Shown: piece by piece, positions 25,318 to 33,673 of the stretch
Layout of the letters: each line of letters starts with the position of its first letter
Numbering within the stretch: the stretch's first letter is position 1
DNA from: Acidobacteriaceae bacterium
Lineage (GTDB): Bacteria; Acidobacteriota; Terriglobia; Terriglobales; Acidobacteriaceae
DNA: 64,000 nt
Assembly: GCA_036267295.1 (NCBI GenBank)
Contig: DATAWI010000008.1
Location: 21,373-85,372 of the forward strand
Direction: 5' to 3'
The notes under the pieces: model-generated
Databases searched by the model: none
What the model saw: the letters and a program-made list of their open reading frames with translations, nothing else
What the model was told of the DNA's origin: nothing
Made by a program: the position numbers and the translations under genes

Positions 25318-27624
25318 TTGAAAGTTACTAGCATCCCGAAGATTTCCGGGTACCGGATATTCCGCAGCTTCACGTGGAATCTCCCGCTGGAAGATTTCCG
25401 CCGCTACAACCTCATTTTCGGCCCGAACGCATCAGGGAAGACGACCCTCTCTTGCCTGTTTCGCCTGATGGAGCAAAAGGGAGCCCTGTCGCCATCAGAT
25501 GGAGTCGCAACGTTCGCCTTCGACGGGACAAACATCAATGCAAGCGAGTTTGACCAGCGACCATTACCCAATGTCCGTGTATTCAATCGGGATACCGCTA
25601 AACGCTCCGTATTCGAAGACATGTCGGGTGAACTCCCTCCCGTCTTCTACTTCGGCGAGGACACTGCCGAAAAGCAAAAAGAGATTGCGGAGAAGAGAAA
25701 ACAGGCCGCAACCATTTCCGAACAGATAACTGCCTGCCGCCTCGCAATCGAAACGGCGGACACGGGATTCGAGGCTTTCTGTGTCGACTCTGCGCGAGCG
25801 GTGAAGAATCTGCTGACGGCAAGCGGCAGCGCCTATAACAACTACGACAAGTCGTCCTTCAAGTCGACCGCCGAAAAGATCCTTAAAGCTGACAAAGTAA
25901 TAGAGCCTCTGAAGAAACTGCGCCGCGAATCGCTGATATCGCTCAAAGGGAGCGCGGAAAAGCCACAGCTCCCCTCGATTTCAACCTCTCTCCCGGATTT
26001 CAATGCCCTCCGCACCCGGGTCAGAACGCTTCTTGAAACGACTGTGGCATCGGAACTCATCGCAACCCTCGTCAACCAGCCGAAGGTCGCCTCGTGGGTG
26101 AGCGAAGGATTGAGGCTGCACAAAGATGGAGACCGATGCAAGTTTTGTGACGAACCGATCCCGCCCGATCGCCTCAAACGACTCGAAGCACATTTCAACG
26201 ACCGATTTCGCATATTTCAGGCCGACTTGGATGCGGCATTGGACGAAATCGAGAGATCGAGGGGCCTTCTTGAGAAGGCGACGCCGAGCCAAGCCGAGTT
26301 CTACGACGATATGGCGAGCGAATACGCCGAATGCAAGTCGCAAGTTGACACCGCGATCCAAGAGGCCAGTCATGCCCTTAACGTCCTGCAGGGAGCGATC
26401 CGGTCGAAAAAGGGCAGCCCGTTCAACCCCATGGAAATTGACTGGGCGCCTCACGAGCGCACCCTGACAGATTCGAAAGCGAAGGCATTGTTTGATTTTT
26501 TCACTTCTGCCGAGGACAGGCTCGTCGAACGCTTCGGGGGAGCCGCAATAGCTGCATGCAACACGTTGATTGCGGCGCACAACAAGCGCGCAGGCAATCA
26601 TGCGAGGGAGGTCGCCGATGCGCGGAGAGAGCTAGAAGAAGACGAAGTCGCGACTCGCATCAAGAGCTATGCCTCCAGGAGGGAGCGAACCCGCGAGCAA
26701 CAGAACAAGTTCATTGAACTCCAGACTGCCGCCAGGCAAATGCAGGATGAGATTGCGGCCCTTGAAGCCTCCGTCCGAACCCACCAAAGGCCCGGGCAGG
26801 AACTGACGAAGGAGGTCGCAGCATACTTGGGCAACAGCGAACTGACCTTCGAAGTGAAGGATACTGGCTACGCAATCAAAAGAAGCGGCCGTCCGGCGAT
26901 GAACCTGAGCGAGGGCGAAAGAACCGCAATCGCTTTTCTTTATTTTCTGAAATCGCTCAGCGACACCAATTTCAGCCTTAAAGACGGGATCGTTTTGATC
27001 GATGACCCCGTGTCGAGCCTGGACGCTAACTCACTCTATTGCGCGTTCGGGTGCCTGAAGGCGAAGTGCGCCAACGCTGGACAACTTTTTATCCTCACTC
27101 ACAACTTCACCCTGTTCCGATTGACCAGAGAGTGGTTCCACCACATCTCGCCTAAGGACCAGACACGCTTCTACATGCTTGGAACGGACTACCTCACCAC
27201 CGGTCGAGGAGCGAAGATTGCCCCGCTCGACCCGCTCCTCCGAGAGTACGAATCCGAGTACCAATACCTATTCAAGTGCGTGGTTGAAGGAAGTTCGGCC
27301 TCGACGATTGGAGGCGACCTTGCCTCCTACTACGGCGCGGTCAATGTCGCACGCCGAGTAATGGAGGCATTTCTTGCGTTCAAGCTGCCCCACTTGGGGC
27401 CCAACCTGCACAGGAAGCTGGAAGAAATACCCTTTGATCCGGCGAAGAAGGCTCGCATACTTCGCTTCCTGAATGTCGGATCACACGCCGGAGAGATCGG
27501 CGAGCCGGAGCACGACATCTCGATTTTGTCCGAGACGCCTGCGGTGCTCGCCGACCTGCTGGAAATGATCAAATCGGTAGACGCGGCACACCACGATGGG
27601 ATGCGACAAAAGCTCGGTATCTAG
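25318..27624 (+). CDS. RloC/PrrC-type anticodon-nuclease ATPase (AAA_13 family; Rad50-like ABC ATPase with CXXC hook and C-terminal ACNase-like domain)
   Basis: TTG start with GGGGGA 7 nt upstream and an in-frame TAG 9 nt upstream. Walker A GPNASGKTT at aa 35-43. A roughly 490-aa helical insert carries CKFC (aa 274-277) close to its midpoint. ABC signature LSEGERTAIAF, Walker B IVLIDDPVSSLD and H-loop LTHN follow. The C-terminus has NVARRVMEAFLAFK (R-x3-E) and RFLNVGSHAGE (His), matching the PrrC/RloC nuclease motifs as I recall them. Codon usage is visibly less GC3-biased than in the neighbours. Confidence 0.8.
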   Translation: MKVTSIPKISGYRIFRSFTWNLPLEDFRRYNLIFGPNASGKTTLSCLFRLMEQKGALSPSDGVATFAFDGTNINASEFDQRPLPNVRVFNRDTAKRSVFEDMSGELPPVFYFGEDTAEKQKEIAEKRKQAATISEQITACRLAIETADTGFEAFCVDSARAVKNLLTASGSAYNNYDKSSFKSTAEKILKADKVIEPLKKLRRESLISLKGSAEKPQLPSISTSLPDFNALRTRVRTLLETTVASELIATLVNQPKVASWVSEGLRLHKDGDRCKFCDEPIPPDRLKRLEAHFNDRFRIFQADLDAALDEIERSRGLLEKATPSQAEFYDDMASEYAECKSQVDTAIQEASHALNVLQGAIRSKKGSPFNPMEIDWAPHERTLTDSKAKALFDFFTSAEDRLVERFGGAAIAACNTLIAAHNKRAGNHAREVADARRELEEDEVATRIKSYASRRERTREQQNKFIELQTAARQMQDEIAALEASVRTHQRPGQELTKEVAAYLGNSELTFEVKDTGYAIKRSGRPAMNLSEGERTAIAFLYFLKSLSDTNFSLKDGIVLIDDPVSSLDANSLYCAFGCLKAKCANAGQLFILTHNFTLFRLTREWFHHISPKDQTRFYMLGTDYLTTGRGAKIAPLDPLLREYESEYQYLFKCVVEGSSASTIGGDLASYYGAVNVARRVMEAFLAFKLPHLGPNLHRKLEEIPFDPAKKARILRFLNVGSHAGEIGEPEHDISILSETPAVLADLLEMIKSVDAAHHDGMRQKLGI

Positions 27625-27871
27625 AAGGCAGATCCCGGCCCCGATCCGTTCCCCAATTAGCTCGCCTCTTGCGATTCCGAACAAGTTGCTGCCAAGACAC
27701 GGCGTCGGCCCCTCGCACGACCCCCCGGTGGAAACTTGTCAATCCCTTACGAAAGTCATGCCCTCCCTAACCCCTGCATTTGCCGCGCCCAATGCCCCGC
27801 CAACCCCCAAAATATTTGGCAGTCTAATGATCCAAACTTGGTATTCTGGATATAGAGAGTAAGAAACAAAG

Positions 27872-27900
27872 AAAGGCCGCCAAAGAGCGGCCTTTTCCCT
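27872..27900 (+). terminator. Rho-independent terminator closing the rloC-like insertion
   Basis: AAAGGCCGC-CAAAGA-GCGGCCUUU followed by UCCCUU. It marks the point where composition returns to GC-rich. The hairpin is symmetric enough to work on either strand. Confidence 0.6.
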
Positions 27901-27958
27901 TGCTGGCCGCTCCCCTCACGGGCCGGCCCGGCACCACGATTCCATCCGAGGCGATCCC

Positions 27959-28468
27959 ATGTTCCGCGAATGCTCCTCCATTCTGCCCAACGGCCGCAAA
28001 TGCCGCTGCGCCGCCACCCGCAACCGCGCCGTCTGCCGCCATCACGGACCCCCGCCCGTTCCCGGCCCGCCGCCCACCCCCCACCGCGACCGCTACTCCG
28101 ACCTCATCCGCTGGCGAACCCTCAGCCGCAACCTCCCCTGGATGCCCCTCGACGAAATTCCGCACGCCATCCATCAAATCCTCCAGTGTCTGGTCGATCG
28201 CGGCCCCGACTCCCCCGGCAAAATCTCCGACCTCACCGCCGGCCGCTACCTGCGCGTCCTCCTCACCCGTCTCGGCGGCGTTCCCTTTGCCGATCCCGAC
28301 CTGGCGCTCGAGCCGCCCCCGCCGCGCGGCGCTCCCGCTCCCGTGCCAGCCCCAGCCGATCCCTCCGACCTGAACGAGCTCAACGCCCTGCTCGCCGCCC
28401 TCGCCCAGCACGCCCAGCCCGGCCCGCAACCGCCTCTGCCTCAATCGCACCGGCGAGTGCATCAATGA
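27959..28468 (+). CDS. hypothetical protein with N-terminal Cys/His cluster and Pro-rich regions
   Basis: MFRECSSILPNGRKCRCAATRNRAVCRHHGPP.. gives C-x9-C-x-C-x9-C-x-HH. The third positions are strongly C-rich in this frame. The competing ORF 27824..28465(-) is G/A/V-rich shadow. No family was recognised. Confidence 0.45.
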   Translation: MFRECSSILPNGRKCRCAATRNRAVCRHHGPPPVPGPPPTPHRDRYSDLIRWRTLSRNLPWMPLDEIPHAIHQILQCLVDRGPDSPGKISDLTAGRYLRVLLTRLGGVPFADPDLALEPPPPRGAPAPVPAPADPSDLNELNALLAALAQHAQPGPQPPLPQSHRRVHQ

Positions 28469-28606
28469 CGAGCATCACCCCATCAATCGCGAGCGCCATT
28501 GACACAATGGCGAGCGCCTCGCAAGTGATGGGTTATCAATCATCTGCCCGGATCATGCGCGCCAATGAATCAAAGGCACGCGCCTCTGACGCAATCGCGA
28601 GCGTCT
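28441..28606 (+). repeat. iteron-like array of CAAT(C/G)GCGAGCG(C/T)C direct repeats
   Basis: CAAT starts at 28442, 28463, 28484 and 28505, an exact 21-nt phase. Further copies start at 28537, 28563 and 28592. The best units are TCAATCGCGAGCGCC (28483), ACAATGGCGAGCGCC (28504) and GCAATCGCGAGCGTC (28591). Confidence 0.75.
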
Positions 28607-28734
28607 CCCAACTGACTTGCTGTCGATCACTTGCCGCAGCCCAGACAAGGCCACCGCGCTAAACCCAGCAGAATCAATCAACCGTTTTTCTCGCCCCACA
28701 GAGAGGCGGGACAGCCGCGGTCGCTTGGGCGCGC

Positions 28735-29643
28735 CTAGTTCTCCTTCGCCGCCGTAAACCCGGCGACAATCTGGCTCATCAGGTCGTTCACCGCGCCTGG
28801 ATGATTCGGCAGCAGGATCGTATTCGACTTGCCCGCTGTCCCAATATCCCGCAGCGTGTCGAAATACTGCGTCAGCAGCACCATCGACATCACATCCCGC
28901 GCCGTCGAGCCTTCCACCGCCGTCTTGAACTGCTCCACCGACGCCTGCAGTCCCTGGATGATCGCCTGCCGTTGCCGCGCCACGCCTTCGCCTTGCAGCG
29001 CCTTCGACTCCGCTTCCGCTTCGGCCTGCTTCACTTTCAGGATCTTGTCCGCCTCGCCGCGCGCCTGCGCCGCCGTCTGCTCCCGCTGCGCCGCGTTGAT
29101 GTCGTTCATCGCCGACTTCACCTTCGCGTCCGGCACAATATCCGTCACCAGCGCCTTCAGAATGTTGAAGCCGAACTCGCGCATCACGTCGTCCAGCTCT
29201 TTCTTCACCGCCGCCGAAATCTGCGCCTGCTGCTCGAACGCCTCGTCGAGCGTGAGCGTGGGCACGTGTCCCAGAATCGAGTTGAAAACATAGCTCTCGA
29301 TCTGCTTCTGCGGCAGGCTCAGCTTGTAGTAAGCCTCATATACCTTGTCCGGCAGCACCTGATACTGCACCGAAACCGGAATGGTGACGAACACGTTGTC
29401 CTTGGTCTTCGTCTCGACGCTCACGTCCGCCTGGTTGATCTGCAAATCGATGAAGCGCACCGATTCTGCCCACGGCAGCAGCACATGCAATCCCGGCTGC
29501 GCCACACGGTTGAACTTTCCCCACCGCTCCACGATGCCCGCGGTGTATGTGCGCACCGTGTACATGGTCTTGAAAACCGTGACCAAAAAGAAGATGGCGA
29601 GGATGCCCAGAACGATGAGCAATGCGACGGTGGTTGGTTCCAT
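28735..29643 (-). CDS. SPFH/Band-7 (stomatin/prohibitin-like) membrane protein
   Basis: Trimmed to MEPTTVALLIVLGILAIFFLVTVF.. (N-terminal TM anchor). It continues ..YTAGIVERWGKFNRVAQPGLHVLLPWAESV.. and then a coiled-coil ..AQREQTAAQARGEADKILKVKQAEAEAESKALQGEG... Confidence 0.9.
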   Translation of the reverse strand: MEPTTVALLIVLGILAIFFLVTVFKTMYTVRTYTAGIVERWGKFNRVAQPGLHVLLPWAESVRFIDLQINQADVSVETKTKDNVFVTIPVSVQYQVLPDKVYEAYYKLSLPQKQIESYVFNSILGHVPTLTLDEAFEQQAQISAAVKKELDDVMREFGFNILKALVTDIVPDAKVKSAMNDINAAQREQTAAQARGEADKILKVKQAEAEAESKALQGEGVARQRQAIIQGLQASVEQFKTAVEGSTARDVMSMVLLTQYFDTLRDIGTAGKSNTILLPNHPGAVNDLMSQIVAGFTAAKEN

Positions 29644-29759
29644 GCGATTGGCCTTTCCTGCGACACCGAAATTCGCGTACGCGGTTCCGGCGAAGAGTTT
29701 GGGGGGATTGCGACCACTATACCTCGCCACGGCGACGGGGAGAGGCGGAAGGCTGCCGC

Positions 29760-29798
29760 CAACAAAAACCCGCCGCGTCCACAAGGGAACGCGGCGGG
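29760..29798 (-). terminator. Rho-independent terminator downstream of the secreted K/D-rich protein gene
   Basis: The minus-strand RNA has a 10-bp perfect stem CCCGCCGCGU..ACGCGGCGGG followed by UUUUUGUUGG, about 62 nt after the stop. Confidence 0.7.
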
Positions 29799-29859
29799 AG
29801 GGTTACGCTGCGCTGCTGCGCGAGCGATAGCCGCAGCGGCTCAGAAGGAGGAGGAGCGC

Positions 29860-30453
29860 TTACCCAACAATCGACAGCGTGATCTGCATGCCAGGGTGGG
29901 TCACATCGACCAGGACGTACTCGCCATTAATGAAGTCGATGTAGCACTCATCGGTCTGCACCCAGCCGGCCGGCCACGGTTCCAGGAAGACAAATGAGTA
30001 GCCGCCGTAGGCGAAGCGGGTCTGGTTGGGGACGATGCGCGTCGTGGTCACCACCGTCCGGACTGAAAACCTGTGCTCGTGCCCGAAGTGCGTCTGGTAG
30101 TCGTTATCCGAGATCCGGCCGTGATTGCCTGCGGAACGGCCTCGGGCGTCGGCCTGCGCGCGAGCGTCCTTCGGCTCGTTCTTGTCGTCCTGCTGTCGGG
30201 CGTTCGGCTGGTGCGCCGGCCTCGGTGCGTTCGCCTTGTCCTTATCTTTGACTCTGTCTTTATCTTTATCTTTGTCGGACTGCGGCTTGGCCGCGTCCTG
30301 CTTCGGCGTTGTGTCGTCCTGCTGCTGTGTGGTGGGTGAAACTGCGTAGCCCGTCATCGGGTAAGCCGCGGCGCTCGGCCTTGCCGAGCCCCAGGCGACG
30401 CAACTCAAGCCTGCAAGTAAACATGCGCTGGTCAGGTGGTTGATTGTTTTCAT
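29860..30453 (-). CDS. secreted hypothetical protein (K/D-rich low-complexity linker plus conserved-looking C-terminal domain)
   Basis: Signal peptide MKTINHLTSACLLAGLSCVAWG. Linker ..KPQSDKDKDKDRVKDKDKANAP... The C-terminal ~90 aa (..FAYGGYSFVFLEPWPAGWVQTDECYIDFINGEYVLVDV..) look globular. The gene has its own strong terminator downstream. Confidence 0.6.
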   Translation of the reverse strand: MKTINHLTSACLLAGLSCVAWGSARPSAAAYPMTGYAVSPTTQQQDDTTPKQDAAKPQSDKDKDKDRVKDKDKANAPRPAHQPNARQQDDKNEPKDARAQADARGRSAGNHGRISDNDYQTHFGHEHRFSVRTVVTTTRIVPNQTRFAYGGYSFVFLEPWPAGWVQTDECYIDFINGEYVLVDVTHPGMQITLSIVG

Positions 30454-30605
30454 AGTTTTTGTTCTCCGTTTGAGATAGCTCCCGGCACGATTCGGGAACT
30501 CTCTGACTCAGGTAGATGCGGCCAGCCTGCGATGTGCTGTGAGCCTGATCAATTCAGCAAAATCAGGGATTTGAAAATCGCAGGGGCGAGGCAACCCGCG
30601 AGCCG

Positions 30606-30645
30606 CAAACGAAAACCCGCCGCGATCCTCACGGGTCGCGGCGGG
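30606..30645 (-). terminator. Rho-independent terminator downstream of ppdK
   Basis: The minus-strand RNA has a 10-bp perfect stem CCCGCCGCGA..UCGCGGCGGG followed by UUUUCGUUUG, about 95 nt after the ppdK stop. The stem is almost identical to the one at 29769-29798. Confidence 0.7.
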
Positions 30646-30738
30646 AAGGAGATACAGCAAGTAGTGCAGAAAAAACCAAATCTTCTTAATGTCGCGCTGC
30701 GCAACGCGGCGCACAGGTTTCTGCGCGCCGCCTGACGC

Positions 30739-33483
30739 TTACTTCGAGTTACCCGAACGCAGATCGGGGTTAAAGATTTTCTGCTCCTCAATCGCCGCCT
30801 GGGCCGCCGCCAAACGCGCGGTCAGCAGACGGAACGGAGAGCAGGAGACATAGTCGAGCCCGGCGCGGTGGCAGAACTTCACCGACTCCGGCTCGCCGCC
30901 GTGCTCGCCGCAGATGCCCACTTCCAGATTGCGCCGCGTGCTGCGCCCTTTGTTGGTGGCCATCTTCACCAGCGTGCCCACGCCTTCCTGGTCCAGTACC
31001 GCGAACGGATCCTGCTTGAAGATCCCCTGCTTCAAATACGCCGGCAGGAACTTGTTGCAGTCGTCGCGCGAGATGCCGAACGTGGTCTGCGTCAGATCGT
31101 TGGTTCCGAAGCTGAAGAACTCCGCTTCGGCGGCGATCTTATCCGCCACCAGGCAGGCGCGCGGCAGCTCGATCATCGTGCCCACTTTGTACTCGACCAC
31201 CAGGCCCTTCTTGATGAAGACATCGTGCGCCACCGCGTGAATGATCGCGGCCTGCGCCTTGAATTCCTCAGGACCCGCAGTCAGCGGAATCATGATTTCG
31301 AGGTGCGGATCGCTGCCCGCCTTCTTCACCGCCGCGGCGGCTTCGAAGATGGCGTGCGCCTGCATCTCCGTGATTTCCGGATAGGTGATGCCCAGACGGC
31401 AGCCGCGCAGCGCGAGCATGGGATTCAGCTCGTGCAGCTCTTCCACCCGCTCCAGCATGGCGCGCAGCGACTTCAGTTTCGGCGAGCGCGGCTTCGCGAT
31501 TTCCAGCTGCGCAATCTCCACCAGCAGCGCTTCCCGCTTGGGCAGGAACTCGTGCAGCGGAGGATCGAGCAGGCGGATCACCACCGGCAGCGAGCCCATC
31601 GCTTTCAGCAGGCCGGTGAAGTCGGCGCGCTGCATCGGCAGCAACTGGTGCAGGGCCGCGCGGCGCTGTTCTTCCGTCTTCGCCAGAATCATGGCCTGCA
31701 TATGCGGCAGGCGATCTTCGGCAAAGAACATGTGCTCGGTGCGGCAAAGCCCGATGCCTTCGGCGCCAAACAACTGTGCCTGCTTCGCGTCGCGCGGAAT
31801 GTCCGCGTTGGCCAGCACCCGCAGTTTCCGCCGCTGATCGACCCAGCCCATGAACTGCACGAGGTCCGGGTTGTCGGGATTCACAGGAATGGTGTTGAGC
31901 TTGCCCGTGATCACGCGGCCGGTGGTCCCGTCGAGCGAGATCCAGTCGCCTTCCTCAAAGGTTTTGCCCTGCACCCGCATCTGCTTCTTTTTCTCGTCGA
32001 TGGTGACGTCGCCCGCGCCGGCCACGCAGCACTTGCCCATGCCGCGCGTCACCAGTGCTGCGTGCGAGGTCATGCCGCCGCGCGAGGTCAGAATGCCCGA
32101 CGCCACGTTCATGCCGGCGATGTCTTCCGGCGAGGTCTCGCTGCGCACCAGGATGATGGATTTGTAGGTGCCCTTCTCGTGGAACTTCACCGCATCGGCA
32201 GCCGTGAAGACGATCTGTCCAACCGCCGCGCCGGGCGAAGCCGGCAGGCCGGTGGCCAGCACTTCCAGCGCGCCCTTTTCGTCGAGCCGCGGAACCAGGA
32301 AGTCGAATATCTGGTTCGGCTCCACGCGCAAAACCGCCTCGTCGACGGTGATGAGCTGCTCGCGCACCATGTCGATGGCGATGCGGACAGCGGCGAGGCC
32401 GGTGCGCTTCGCGTTGCGGGTCTGCAGCATGTACAGGCGCCCGTCCTGAATGGTGAATTCGAAGTCCTGCATGTCCCGATAATGCTTTTCCAGCCGCGAG
32501 GTCAGGTCGCGGAGCTGGTCGTAAACATGCGGCATCAGCTTTTGCAATCCGCTGATCGGAACCGGGGTGCGGATGCCCGCGACCACGTCTTCGCCCTGCG
32601 CGTTCATCAGGAATTCGCCGTAGAACTCCTTGTCGCCGTTAGCCGGGTTGCGCGTAAAGCCGACGCCCGTGCCGCTGGACTCGTTCAGATTGCCGTAGAC
32701 CATGGCCTGCACATTGACCGCCGTGCCCAGCCAGTCGTCGATGTTGTTCAGGCGGCGATAGGTGCAGGCGCGCTCGTTCTTCCACGACCTGAACACGGCG
32801 TCCCGCGCCATCGTCAGTTGCCGGTCCGGATCCTGCGGGAACTCCGCACCGGTGTGCCGGAGCACCAGCTTTTTGTAACCGGCGATCACTTCTTTCAGGG
32901 CGGCGGGTGTCAGCTCGGTGTCCAGGGTTACGCCGTACTTCTTTTTCGTCTCGTCGAAGATGTGCTCGAAGCTCGATTTCGGAATGTCGAGAACGACGTC
33001 ACCGAACATTTGTATCAGCCGCCGATACGAATCATAGGCAAAACGCGGATTGCTGGTTTTCTTCGCGAGAACTTCGACCGAAGCGTCGTTCAGGCCGAGG
33101 TTCAGAATCGTGTCCATCATGCCCGGCATAGAGAACTTGGCGCCGGAGCGGACGCTGACCAGCAGCGGGTTCTCGCCGGCGCCGAGGCGCTGACCCTGCA
33201 GCTTTTCCAGCCGCTCGAGGGCGAGATCCATCTGTTCGGTCACCTGGGTCGAGAGCGAACCGCGCATGTACTCGCGACAGGCCTCGGTCTGGATCGTGAA
33301 GCCGGGAGGCACCGGCAGGCCGGCGTTGGTCATCTCAGCGAGGCCAGCGCCTTTGCCGCCGAGGATGTCGCGCATCTTGCCGTTGCCCTCGGCGACTCCC
33401 GCGCCGAAGAAGAAGACGTATTGGCCGGTTGCCTCTTTTGAGGTTGCGGCCTGTTCCTGAAGATTCAGGGTGGTCGGGTTCAT
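30739..33483 (-). CDS. ppdK: pyruvate, phosphate dikinase
   Basis: 914 aa. N-terminal ..FFFGAGVAEGNGKMRDILGGKGAGLAEMTNAGLPVPPGFTI... Phospho-His loop ..SRGGMTSHAALVTRGMGKCCV... C-terminal PEP/pyruvate domain ..FFSFGTNDLTQT..GICGEHGGEPESV... Confidence 0.95.
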   Translation of the reverse strand: MNPTTLNLQEQAATSKEATGQYVFFFGAGVAEGNGKMRDILGGKGAGLAEMTNAGLPVPPGFTIQTEACREYMRGSLSTQVTEQMDLALERLEKLQGQRLGAGENPLLVSVRSGAKFSMPGMMDTILNLGLNDASVEVLAKKTSNPRFAYDSYRRLIQMFGDVVLDIPKSSFEHIFDETKKKYGVTLDTELTPAALKEVIAGYKKLVLRHTGAEFPQDPDRQLTMARDAVFRSWKNERACTYRRLNNIDDWLGTAVNVQAMVYGNLNESSGTGVGFTRNPANGDKEFYGEFLMNAQGEDVVAGIRTPVPISGLQKLMPHVYDQLRDLTSRLEKHYRDMQDFEFTIQDGRLYMLQTRNAKRTGLAAVRIAIDMVREQLITVDEAVLRVEPNQIFDFLVPRLDEKGALEVLATGLPASPGAAVGQIVFTAADAVKFHEKGTYKSIILVRSETSPEDIAGMNVASGILTSRGGMTSHAALVTRGMGKCCVAGAGDVTIDEKKKQMRVQGKTFEEGDWISLDGTTGRVITGKLNTIPVNPDNPDLVQFMGWVDQRRKLRVLANADIPRDAKQAQLFGAEGIGLCRTEHMFFAEDRLPHMQAMILAKTEEQRRAALHQLLPMQRADFTGLLKAMGSLPVVIRLLDPPLHEFLPKREALLVEIAQLEIAKPRSPKLKSLRAMLERVEELHELNPMLALRGCRLGITYPEITEMQAHAIFEAAAAVKKAGSDPHLEIMIPLTAGPEEFKAQAAIIHAVAHDVFIKKGLVVEYKVGTMIELPRACLVADKIAAEAEFFSFGTNDLTQTTFGISRDDCNKFLPAYLKQGIFKQDPFAVLDQEGVGTLVKMATNKGRSTRRNLEVGICGEHGGEPESVKFCHRAGLDYVSCSPFRLLTARLAAAQAAIEEQKIFNPDLRSGNSK

Positions 33484-33673
33484 TGCAATTGCTCCGTTCT
33501 GCCGCCGCCTGGGCGCTGAGGTTCACGTACTGGATAAGTGCGTTGCGGCTGGCGGCTGTGCTTCAGCGGAGTTCGTAGAATCAGGCGCCGTCCGCAATCT
33601 GAAGAACGAAGGATTGTCGGCCCACGAAGAAATAGCTGTATGTATCCGGCGTCACAGGAATTTTTGAGTTGGT

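Noticed and set aside
27824-28465. 213-aa ORF on the minus strand
   Set aside because: It is a G/A/V-rich shadow of the plus-strand ORF 27959..28468, which has the genome-typical C-rich third positions and a plausible Cys/His motif.
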